From the NCBI GenBank assembly GCA_964403585.1, contig CAYOFQ010000001.1, positions 76,456 through 140,455 of the forward strand: a stretch of DNA of 64,000 bases, written 5' to 3'. The stretch is from an uncultured Gammaproteobacteria bacterium (GTDB lineage Bacteria > Patescibacteriota > Microgenomatia > JALYQM01). The position numbers and the translations under genes were made by a program. Shown here piece after piece: positions 56,701 through 64,000 of this stretch. Below the pieces are notes generated by a model. The model had not been told where the DNA came from. It was given only the letters and a program-made list of their open reading frames with translations, and did not search any database. How positions within the stretch are numbered: the first letter of the stretch is position 1; every line of letters starts with the position of its first letter.

Positions 56701-59592
56701 AGCGGATCGTTCGCTGCTACGGTTGGGGCTATGAAGGTATCCCGAGCTGACCACTCTAGCGTACTATTACGTAACGGAAAGGTTTTGTTGGCCGGCGGAC
56801 GTAATGCTACTACGGCGACCTCCACTGCCGAACTGTATGACAGCACCACTGCGGTTGCCGCCAGCGCCTTCACATCTACCACCAATAACATGACTGCCGG
56901 TATTAGATACGGTCACCGCGCATCATTATTGCCAAATGGCAACGTTGTCGTTGCCGGTGGAACTAACGGAACCGGGCCATTATCCAGTGCCGAAATTTAT
57001 GATGACGCAAGCGGAACCTGGGGGAATGCCAGTATCATGGTTCAAAAACGCAGCCAGTTTAGTTTGACATTACTCCCTAATGGTAAGATCTTAGCAGTAG
57101 GCGGATGTATTGCTGGCAACTGTACTGCAGGGGCTGCTAACCGTACCTCAACTGCCGAACTCTTTGATCCATTAAAGAATGCCTGGACCAGTACCGGATC
57201 CTTAGTAATTGGTGTCCGCTCCGAACACAGCGCATCATTACTACCTTCAGGTAAGGTTGTTATCTATGGTGGAACAACCGACGGTACAACCTTCCTGTCC
57301 ACAACCGAGATCTATGATCCGGCAACGGGTACCTTTACCGCAGGGAGCACTGCACAGACAGGGCGACGCGATCACGACGCCATAGCGTTAACAAATGGTA
57401 AGGTCATGACCTTTGACGGATGGAACGGTACTACTACATTCTCAAGCTCCGAATTACTCTCGTTCGATCAGCAGATTTCCACCGGAAATGCAACCCAATC
57501 CCAGAATCCGGATGTTGTAAAAGACAGCTCCGGTAATCTGCAGGCCGTTTGGCAAGCGTGGAGGGCAGAAGGCCTTGGTTTGGGCAGCGGTGGTGGTTCT
57601 TGGAAAGTAATGACTCAGGAAATAAATAATCCAGCTTCAGGAGCAGTAACCAAACAATATCCTTCGGGAACAGTTAATAGTTGGGCAACTTCTGCAAATA
57701 TGTCTACAGCCCGCCGGGATCACGCCTCGGTGCTTCTGCCAAACGGCAAAATTATAGCTGGAGGAGGAATTGATCAATCATCCGGTCAGTTGAGCTCTAC
57801 GGAAATATATGATCCACAAACAGGAACATGGTCTGCTGGAGCTACTATGGTTAATCACCACGCCGGATTCGCCATGTTTACACTCAGTTCCGGAAAAGTT
57901 ATAGCTTTTGCCGGATACAATGCCGGCTCCAATAAGACTGACATTTATGACCCGGCAGCTAATACCTGGACCGCGCCCACATCAGCAAACCTGGTATTAG
58001 CACACTCAGAATATGCAGTGACAGCGTTGAACGACGGAAAGATTATGCTTGTCGGAGGACAGGACGGCAATAGTACTGCGATGCGTACAACCTCTGAACT
58101 ATTCGACCCAGCAACGCAAACCTGGACCAATACAACTGGCGGATTAACAACCGGTAGGCAATATTTTAGTGTGACCAAAACCAATGACGGAAAAGTGTAT
58201 GCCATTGGTGGGTGTACTAATGCCTCGACCTGTTCAGGCGCGAACATCGTTAACACCATTGAAGTATACAATCCAAGTACCTCTACCTGGTCATCGGTAT
58301 CGGCTACTTTAGGGACCGCACGATTCCGTCACAACGCTACACTCTTACCCAACGGTAAGATCTTGATTAATGGAGGTCAGAATAGTTCCGGTACCAACTT
58401 ATCTTCAAGTGAAATCTTCGATCCGAACTCCTTAACCATTACGACAGCCGCCACTGCACCGTTCTCAAGTTCCAGAGGGAATAATCCATTACCTTACAGT
58501 GCGACACTTTCAAATGGCAAGGTCTTCTTAACAAGAGGCATTGCATCAAACTCGACTGCAACGCAAACAATGTTATACGACCCGACGTCAGATACCTGGG
58601 CTTCAACAACCGGAGGCTTATCCAAAGGCTATTACGCTGCAAGTATTATTGGAATGAAAAACGGTAAAGTACTCATCATGGGCGGATCGGATAGCTCTAC
58701 AAACTACTACTCCAGTTCAGAATTATATACTCCGGAGTTGAGCGAACAACCCGTATCCAGTGACGATTCATCAGTCAACTATGATCAGACCGAGCCGAAG
58801 ATTGGTGCAGATACTGCCAATGCGTACAGCTACGTAGCCTGGAATGACGATCGGGTAACATCTCCATCAGACACCACAGGGGAAATGAATATCTACATGC
58901 AAAAACTTGATGGAGGGGGAAATCCGGTTTGGCCAAACGGACTTGGTGAAAACGGCTCATATAACGTTCGCGATACCCGCGTTGACACGACCCGCGGCAG
59001 CTTAAATACGTCTGTACAGACAGGTGTAGCCATCGCTAAGAGCGTCTTTACCAATACCGCAACTGATGTTCCAATCCAATTGGCCTGGACAGATACTCGT
59101 GACGGTACCCCAACATCCAGTATTTATGGTCAGTCATATAACACACGAAATTACAGTATGAGTTCAACTACGTGGACGGCGTACTATTACATTACCGGCA
59201 GTCCGACTAACGCCAACTCAATTAAAGTACAGGTAGGTACTACTGAATCCGATGGCGAGACAGTCAGCTACACGAGCGCTGAGTCTACGTACACAGGCGA
59301 CGGAACCAATGGGCAGAAGTCGACAGTCTTCTCGAACTTACCACCGACCAACGACACCTCACTAACACATCGTCGCTTAATTCTTAAGTTCACACGCAGT
59401 ACCGGAAGCATGACAATTTCATATAACGGCGGGGCCGGCGTAGCAGACACCAGATTAGAGGTAGGAACAATCGTGCCTGAGCGCTCGCTCATGCTGGTGC
59501 TCATTATCCCGGCTCTCCCGGCCCTTGCGCTCGGACATAAGAGATATCGCGTCCACCTCATCCGCCAGCACAATAGTAAGACTAAAGTATAG
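50719..59592 (+). CDS. Giant multidomain protein: IS3-like transposase HTH N-terminus + processive GT2 glycosyltransferase with TM helices + very large Kelch/beta-propeller repeat ectodomain
   Basis: N-terminal OrfA-like HTH (SSFRAQFLQ...ISRKTYYKWKNLFE) and HTH_21-like segment (DPRIEKIVIDLIKLNPGWSVDKLY). No DDE domain. GT2 motifs DDSTD, DAD, TED, QRQRW with flanking TM helices. More than 30 repeats of LLPNGKVL..GG...S.EIYDP.TNTW type, plus the interspersed motif IY.QK.D..G..LW. C-terminal TM plus HKRYR tail. Confidence 0.8.
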   Translation: MAAHQKHTSSFRAQFLQAEQEGRTIVDICNEFNISRKTYYKWKNLFEKNNSVENRQRGRKKTVDPRIEKIVIDLIKLNPGWSVDKLYLFLMENNNNQQLVSRHWIQLLLQKNKLSTLESRMKYSYMHSPQPAPAQEVPAVEVIPAIEQQAVLHAGDASPPRITPSLNLSFDTIPSFAASLFNKQTVTWLFKSDKLYLSGTVIVSIINALLVSRIIGAVAAAEEISGKIGTFLSAIALFCGIFFFLYSIKYYITIAAVILKSRSDKKKSTSPGLVEKVTGEIPYIGPVIQSLYKRVTRTELDPVSLHKEVQNTELTEYPFFSVQIPLYNEKKVANRVTAAAAAMDYPNFEVLVCDDSTDETTQLLYDKWNGHDKVKILHRTIRSGFKGAALDNALKYMDERTEYVVIFDADFVPYPDTLQLFAKYFKVIGDHERNNTINPSMAAANQVVKDIQAAQYQGKTVAVQGYQWHVLNKSENWITRAVRSEFAGSYIIERSGGQVFGLLKQIAGSVYAINAKVLREVGWGTSITEDFQLTLKLYQQGYKVAYTPYIQAPSECVSTLKRLIRQRQRWAEGHSFNIKKQLFAMLKSPGMTPKEKWEAIYLTPYYLQAFIFILGSICWIIAETVLRVQLPFWTAALGWSLVLTNLFSLPLMNTVGLFLEEGEERDYLGIFSFITLCYILAPFIGFAAVKGFLEKEEGPWFRTPKSGHITDKVNRTKEGKRETIIKYLPWIKPAINVFNSIIPERASSAVSPYLAYETAGNDFNNPRQERNRSILKKRLTHLSILVVLSITVLANIAQTTVPQSFAVASTQYARTTDADNLTNTATAARKVLSSTIGASTTSRTLDATNTTFYILTDNMNKNWTNDTEINDSNTTGERRNVAISTDSSGNTVAVWEDSRTTLTTVQNRFDNTQGAMGTGRYAAPVIPLLDGRVLIAGGQTSGPTNLSSGEIFDPITGTFSAIATNMANARYMGNGTVLNDGRAFLVSGGSGTTAYSTTSFFDPNTNSFSAGPNMTTARYSAPIEKLNNGKILIMGGCTAVDAVSGTCSSGYLSTAELYDPATNTWTLTGTMKDMRSFHQSTLLPNGEVLVVGGSNGSALSTSEIYNTVTGTWRAGANMVTARLFPALAMVTDTKAMVVGGMTTSTDLSSTELYDYVANTWNSNGNINSANVGGFMRNGFMKLANGKFLLAGSYKSTDAGNPSSTALLYDPSINTWSTVSNNISTPKSLFNMALLPNGDILLPGGVTTGTSSTTNSNLYTPVTYDIYAQKYDKTGAKLWNSGSDIRVNSDDGNRLSASGPPNYNHLFPTVGIDGSGNAVVAWAEQRDGVYSPSIWAQKLQSSDGSKLWPSGTKNAFAATGNNLSQIRGGDNTSATTMVTPDGRLFVVGSELTGAPRTSSDIYNPTTNTFSAGPNTAVQRSNATTVPLMNGKILVIGGNTGTLASTAAQLYDPVTGTYATTTGGNIHVRSGPQATLLKNGKVFITGTNLDPGAGQSVSEIYDPVTNTFALGPTLNFNRRLHAQALLPNGKVIIIGGIGSGAAPTVPEIYDPVTNTITISNARNANKARSTAVTLNNGKILHIGSASSRSIAELYDPLTDDFTDAGWTSKFIDRVHDAAVVLPNGKVLLAGGTDSAGTTDFSSTEIYDPATNTWSPGPNMAASRRQANLTFIPKSHKVLTYGGSTTSVTSSSAEVYTPVTDMQVSQFDYKTNIMLQGAVAGNITGIFYKKPKITINSTGDAVIAWQENKDTRTAFQGLSHAFDANARYDYGRNPAVVGNCQNGTGCGAIPSIISPPIQIAAQRICNQASCTDAGTTSGERTWGDTQSLYNQNMPENIYVSNVRNARNVNVTSDGTSTALIYESDSGLSQDLSTTSKTDPKTSKIYMQKLDADGKTLWTGGWTAPSGGMVSNRRTQTTTLLPNGSVLLAGGQNGSALSSAEVHNPETLTSVAATNNMPVARINHSATLLNNGKVLISGGGTTSSTSSSTADLFTPSGTSGSFAATVGAMKVSRADHSSVLLRNGKVLLAGGRNATTATSTAELYDSTTAVAASAFTSTTNNMTAGIRYGHRASLLPNGNVVVAGGTNGTGPLSSAEIYDDASGTWGNASIMVQKRSQFSLTLLPNGKILAVGGCIAGNCTAGAANRTSTAELFDPLKNAWTSTGSLVIGVRSEHSASLLPSGKVVIYGGTTDGTTFLSTTEIYDPATGTFTAGSTAQTGRRDHDAIALTNGKVMTFDGWNGTTTFSSSELLSFDQQISTGNATQSQNPDVVKDSSGNLQAVWQAWRAEGLGLGSGGGSWKVMTQEINNPASGAVTKQYPSGTVNSWATSANMSTARRDHASVLLPNGKIIAGGGIDQSSGQLSSTEIYDPQTGTWSAGATMVNHHAGFAMFTLSSGKVIAFAGYNAGSNKTDIYDPAANTWTAPTSANLVLAHSEYAVTALNDGKIMLVGGQDGNSTAMRTTSELFDPATQTWTNTTGGLTTGRQYFSVTKTNDGKVYAIGGCTNASTCSGANIVNTIEVYNPSTSTWSSVSATLGTARFRHNATLLPNGKILINGGQNSSGTNLSSSEIFDPNSLTITTAATAPFSSSRGNNPLPYSATLSNGKVFLTRGIASNSTATQTMLYDPTSDTWASTTGGLSKGYYAASIIGMKNGKVLIMGGSDSSTNYYSSSELYTPELSEQPVSSDDSSVNYDQTEPKIGADTANAYSYVAWNDDRVTSPSDTTGEMNIYMQKLDGGGNPVWPNGLGENGSYNVRDTRVDTTRGSLNTSVQTGVAIAKSVFTNTATDVPIQLAWTDTRDGTPTSSIYGQSYNTRNYSMSSTTWTAYYYITGSPTNANSIKVQVGTTESDGETVSYTSAESTYTGDGTNGQKSTVFSNLPPTNDTSLTHRRLILKFTRSTGSMTISYNGGAGVADTRLEVGTIVPERSLMLVLIIPALPALALGHKRYRVHLIRQHNSKTKV

Positions 59593-59765
59593 AGTGTATA
59601 AAAACTAATTCACCCATACAGTAAGTATTTTGCCATTCAGCTTCTGATTAGTATCCTCAACCCAATTTGTATTCCCTAAACTAACGTAGTTCTGAACGCA
59701 GTCCAGGGAAAACCGTAGCACAACACGCCATAAATCAAACTTCTCATGGCAGGCAAGTGGATCAG

Positions 59766-59806
59766 GTAATTTTCACACTTTATAGCAATAATAGTAGGTG
59801 TGAAAA
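59766..59806. repeat. 11-bp perfect inverted repeat between the giant paralogs
   Basis: aattttcacac...gtgtgaaaatt with a 19-nt loop. Confidence 0.5.
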
Positions 59807-59955
59807 TTATCACAACACAAGACCTGTAGCATTATTAAAAAGAATATCAAGACTCTACTAATATGAGAGAGTACCCAAGCATAAACCAGAAATAAAATAG
59901 AAAGTTTTACTCATACTATTGACATAATATGCTAATTATCCAACAGTAGATAAAG

Positions 59956-62900
59956 ATGAAAAAAGCAGTCAGATATTCCATCGGGTTTAAACAAAAAGTG
60001 CTGCAGGATCCTGAACAGAATATCGTCAAGTTGTGCCATAAATATAAAATCGACCGGACTACATATTATGAATGGCAGAAAAAATTATCCGGAAAGGTAA
60101 GTAAGACGGCTGATCAGGTAGTTTCCAAACCATCTAAACCGATTCTCAGAATCCAGGCCAGAAAGCATAGTATTGAATTTAGACATAAACTTCTTGAACT
60201 GGTCAGCGAAGGTCATTCTATTTCGGCTGTCTGCCGGGCATTAAAGATCAATCGGAGTACCTACTATAAATGGCATCACCGTTTGAATGGAAATCTGGGT
60301 TTAAGCAATAACAAACCGGGCAGTCGTGAAAGAATCGATCAACGAGTCATTAAGATAATCTTTGATATAGTAAGGGTATATCCACAGTGGAGCATTGATC
60401 AGATATATCAGTATATTCACCAGGAATCACCTGAACAGTTAATAAGCAGAGGTGCTATTCAAAAAATCTTAAAAAGAAATAACTTAAGCACAGTTAACAG
60501 ACGCCTCGCCTTTAGTTACCTGCACACACCTTCTGTCACCACAACAGTACCGGATATAACCACTACTGAAAATATCGTTCCGGTTGATCAGCAAATTATT
60601 CGATCGCGTGGAGACCCTTCACCACCTGTCTATAGTGCATCAAACCTATTCAACAAGCGCCATCAATCTGGTTCATTATATATAGCTGCAATCATCGTTA
60701 GCGCTATAGCCAATGCATATCTCCTCAGTAAGGTAATCCTTTCTATTAGTCAGACATCTGGTATATTGAATAAAATCGGCATGGGGCTTGCCTCAATCGC
60801 TCTGTTCTGTGGAATATTCTTCTTCCTGTACTCACTTAAATATTACATCACTATCGCAACTGTCATTTATAAATCTCAGAATAAAGTACGGAATAAAGGA
60901 ATACTGTCGACACTCCTCAATAAATTCTCTTCATCTCGTCAAAATATTGACCCTGTTACATTACAAAAACAGGTCATGGCAGCCGAGCTAACGGAGTATC
61001 CGTTCTTCAGCGTGCAGATACCGTTATATAACGAGAAGAAAGTCGCCAACCGCGTTACAGCGGCCGCCGCCGCCATGGACTATCCGAACTTCGAAGTCCT
61101 GGTCTGCGATGATTCCACCGATGAAACGACTCAATTACTTTATGGTCGCTGGTCAGGTAGTGATAAAGTCAAAATTCTCCATCGCGTTAATCGTACAGGA
61201 TTCAAGGGTGCCGCTTTGGATAACGCACTTAAGTATATGGATCCACGCACCGAGTACGTCGTAATCTTTGATGCCGATTTCGTACCATATCCGGACACCT
61301 TACAGCTATTTGCCAAATACTTTAAAGTAATCGCAGAAAATGAGCGTAATAATACTATCAATCCTGGCATGGCTGCTGCTAACCAGGTAGTCAAAGATAT
61401 CCAGGCAGCGCAGTATCAAGGTAAAACAGTTGCTGTCCAAGGGTACCAGTGGCATGTACTCAATAAATCCGAGAACTGGATCACTCGTGCGGTTCGCTCC
61501 GAATTCGCCGGCTCATATATTATTGAGCGCTCCGGTGGCCAGGTATTTGGACTCTTAAAACAGATCGCCGGATCGGTGTACGCGATCAATGCCAAAGTCT
61601 TGCGTGAGGTTGGGTGGGGAACATCCATTACTGAAGACTTCCAGTTAACCTTAAAGTTGTACCAGCAGGGCTACAAGGTTGCGTATACCCCATATATACA
61701 AGCCCCGTCAGAATGTGTATCCACACTCAAGCGATTAATCCGCCAGCGCCAACGCTGGGCAGAAGGACATTCATATAACATCAAAAGGCAAATCATTGCA
61801 CTTATAACCTCACCAAACATGTCTCTCCGCGAAAAATGGGAAGCAATCTATCTCACACCTTACTATCTGCAGGCCTTCATATTTATTCTTGGCACTTTCT
61901 GCTGGGTTATTGCCGAAACCGTATTGCAGGTAAGACTCCCATTCTGGGGCTCTGCACTCGGCTGGTCATTAGTCTTGACCAACCTCTTCTCGTTACCGCT
62001 CATGAACACGGTGGGACTCTTCCTGGAAGAAGGAGAGGAGCGGGATTATCTTGGATTATTCTCTTTCATAACCTTATGTTATGTCCTTGCTCCGTTCATT
62101 GGCTTCGCCGCGCTTAAGGGTTTTCTCGAGAAAGAAGAAGGCCCATGGTTCCGAACGCCTAAATCCGGACATATTACCGATAAAATCAATCGCACAGACA
62201 ATAATTCATCACGTATTCTCAAGTATCTCCCGTGGATTAAACCGGCGATGGACACATTCAACAGACGTATAACTGCAAAAATCTCTCCGGCCGTATCACC
62301 GTATCTCAACTATGCTACTGCCGGCAATAGTTTCTCAAATTTCAGTGTTCCAAACAAGCGCAGCCGGATCATGAAACGGGGAATGCATACCATCATAGTC
62401 CTCGCCTTTATGGTTACTATCGCAGCTAACATCGCCCAGACTACTATTCCACAGGCATTTGCCAATCCGGACACATTCTACATTCGAACAACCACTGCCG
62501 ACAACCTGGATGATACAACGAATAACAAAAGACTGCAGGGAAGTGTCTCAATCGGATCATCAACCACAACACAAACCCTCTCTGCTACCAATCCAACATT
62601 ATACATAATTACAGATAATTTCAATAAACGCTGGACCAACGATATTCAAGTCCCTGATACTTCAAACCAGGAGCGTAGAAATGTGCAGATAGCGACAGAT
62701 TCAGATGGATCAACAGTTGCAGTCTGGGAAGATCTGCGCAACAACAGCAGCACTCATCAAAATCGCTTTGACACGACCGGAGCCATGTCTACAGGACGCT
62801 ATGCTGCGCCGGTAGTGCCATTATTGGATGGAAGAGTAGTGATAGCAGGTGGACAAACAAGTGGGCCGTCTAACCTTTCTGGTGGCGAAATTTTTGACCC

Positions 62901-64000
62901 AGTAAGTCAAACATTTACAACCGTTTCCAATAATATGGTTAACACACGATACATGGGAGTAGGTTCACTATTGGATGACGGCCGCGCTATGTTTATCAGT
63001 GGGGCTAATGGTGCTACAGCATATTCAACCACCACTATTTTTGATCCGAATACCAATACTTTTTCCGCGGGACCAAACATGTCAGCAGCAAAATATTCCG
63101 CTCCAGTTGAAAAGTTATATAACGGCAAACTTTTGGTAATGGGAGGATGTACAGCGGTAGACGCTGCCTCAGGTGCTTGCTCAAGTGGCTATCTAAGTTC
63201 GGTGGAGCTATTTGACCCTGCCACGAGTACCTGGACGTCAACCGGAAATATGTCCGTTGCGCGCTCCTTCGCGCAATCAACACTATTACCAAATGGTGAA
63301 GTGTTAATTGCAGGCGGTTCGAACGGATCAACATACCATTCATCAACAGAAATATACAATCCCGTTACAGGAACATGGAGAAAAGTACCGGGGATGGTAC
63401 AAGGTAGATACTTAGCCGCAATGGCGCAAATTTCCGACACTGAAGTAATGGTTGTTGGGGGTGCAGATGGTACTTCAGATTTTTCCTCAACTGAAATCTT
63501 CGATATTGTTGCAAATACATGGAGGAGCAATGGCAATATTAATAGCACCAACAGAGGAGGATTTTTAGCAGATTCATTTATTAAATTGCCAAACGGTAAA
63601 ATATTACTTGCTGGTGCATATAGAACACAAGACGCGTCCAATCCAGTCAGTACAGCCTTACTCTATGATCCAATTGCCAATACCTGGGCTAGTACAGGAA
63701 ATAATCTAACACTCAGCAACGCGCTCTTTAATATGGCACTGCTCCCCGATGGAAAAGTAGTAATTCCAGGAGGAATGACTACCGGCACTTCTGCGACTAC
63801 CGCTTCGCATATTTATACGCCCAACAGCTATGATATTTACGCACAAAAAATAGACAGAAATGGAAATAAGCTTTGGGGTAGTGGAACAGATATTCGGGTC
63901 AACTCGGATGATGGGAATAGATACTCCTCGGGAGGACCGTTATATAATCACCTCAATCCGCATGTGGCGCTAGATTCATCCGGAAATGCCATCGTAGCCT
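59956..64000 (+). CDS. Second giant HTH-GT2-Kelch paralog (5' partial; runs off the window end)
   Basis: Begins MKKAVRYSIGFKQKVL...IDRTTYYEWQKKL. This paralog has two OrfA-like HTH repeats. The GT2 region is near-identical in nucleotide sequence to 51650-52900. Kelch-like repeats continue to position 64000 with no stop, so the gene is absent from the ORF track. Confidence 0.75.
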   Translation, partial: MKKAVRYSIGFKQKVLQDPEQNIVKLCHKYKIDRTTYYEWQKKLSGKVSKTADQVVSKPSKPILRIQARKHSIEFRHKLLELVSEGHSISAVCRALKINRSTYYKWHHRLNGNLGLSNNKPGSRERIDQRVIKIIFDIVRVYPQWSIDQIYQYIHQESPEQLISRGAIQKILKRNNLSTVNRRLAFSYLHTPSVTTTVPDITTTENIVPVDQQIIRSRGDPSPPVYSASNLFNKRHQSGSLYIAAIIVSAIANAYLLSKVILSISQTSGILNKIGMGLASIALFCGIFFFLYSLKYYITIATVIYKSQNKVRNKGILSTLLNKFSSSRQNIDPVTLQKQVMAAELTEYPFFSVQIPLYNEKKVANRVTAAAAAMDYPNFEVLVCDDSTDETTQLLYGRWSGSDKVKILHRVNRTGFKGAALDNALKYMDPRTEYVVIFDADFVPYPDTLQLFAKYFKVIAENERNNTINPGMAAANQVVKDIQAAQYQGKTVAVQGYQWHVLNKSENWITRAVRSEFAGSYIIERSGGQVFGLLKQIAGSVYAINAKVLREVGWGTSITEDFQLTLKLYQQGYKVAYTPYIQAPSECVSTLKRLIRQRQRWAEGHSYNIKRQIIALITSPNMSLREKWEAIYLTPYYLQAFIFILGTFCWVIAETVLQVRLPFWGSALGWSLVLTNLFSLPLMNTVGLFLEEGEERDYLGLFSFITLCYVLAPFIGFAALKGFLEKEEGPWFRTPKSGHITDKINRTDNNSSRILKYLPWIKPAMDTFNRRITAKISPAVSPYLNYATAGNSFSNFSVPNKRSRIMKRGMHTIIVLAFMVTIAANIAQTTIPQAFANPDTFYIRTTTADNLDDTTNNKRLQGSVSIGSSTTTQTLSATNPTLYIITDNFNKRWTNDIQVPDTSNQERRNVQIATDSDGSTVAVWEDLRNNSSTHQNRFDTTGAMSTGRYAAPVVPLLDGRVVIAGGQTSGPSNLSGGEIFDPVSQTFTTVSNNMVNTRYMGVGSLLDDGRAMFISGANGATAYSTTTIFDPNTNTFSAGPNMSAAKYSAPVEKLYNGKLLVMGGCTAVDAASGACSSGYLSSVELFDPATSTWTSTGNMSVARSFAQSTLLPNGEVLIAGGSNGSTYHSSTEIYNPVTGTWRKVPGMVQGRYLAAMAQISDTEVMVVGGADGTSDFSSTEIFDIVANTWRSNGNINSTNRGGFLADSFIKLPNGKILLAGAYRTQDASNPVSTALLYDPIANTWASTGNNLTLSNALFNMALLPDGKVVIPGGMTTGTSATTASHIYTPNSYDIYAQKIDRNGNKLWGSGTDIRVNSDDGNRYSSGGPLYNHLNPHVALDSSGNAIVA

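Noticed and set aside
59470-59592. Calling the giant protein C-terminus a PEP-CTERM sorting signal
   Set aside because: It has VPE rather than the PEP motif, and a His/Lys/Arg tail. This is suggestive but not diagnostic, and no exosortase lies in the window. It is recorded inside the architecture finding only.

Overview
This 64 kb window reads as a low-GC bacterial chromosome segment, roughly 40% GC by eye, with nearly all genes on the + strand. The gene content and the LPXTG-type surface proteins suggest a Patescibacteria/CPR-like or other Gram-positive-type organism; that placement is an inference, not a measurement. Clearly recognisable genes include radA, rho, tgt, obg, leuS, argS with a T-box leader, comEA, a split comEC, a histidine kinase/response-regulator pair, trigger factor, two tandem NDK-like genes, a BrnT/BrnA toxin-antitoxin pair, and a tRNA-Ala(GGC). 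Three regions look accessory and deserve a second look. (1) A roughly 5 kb stretch (23.2-28.3 kb) holds three strongly GC-rich ORFs encoding membrane or surface proteins. Each sits behind its own AT-rich host-type sigma70 promoter and a leader containing a long-range stem that is conserved in all three copies, with compensatory base changes between copies; a strong GC-rich terminator closes the block. (2) A 2957-aa gene and a tandem partial paralog encode an unusual fusion of an IS3-like transposase HTH N-terminus, a processive GT2 glycosyltransferase with TM helices, and a very large Kelch/beta-propeller repeat ectodomain. A near-identical ~1.2 kb tract is shared between the two paralogs. (3) An ArmA/Rmt-family 16S rRNA m7G1405 methyltransferase homolog lies between tgt and a Nudix gene. 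All domain calls come from motifs I recognise in the supplied translations and could not be checked against any database.
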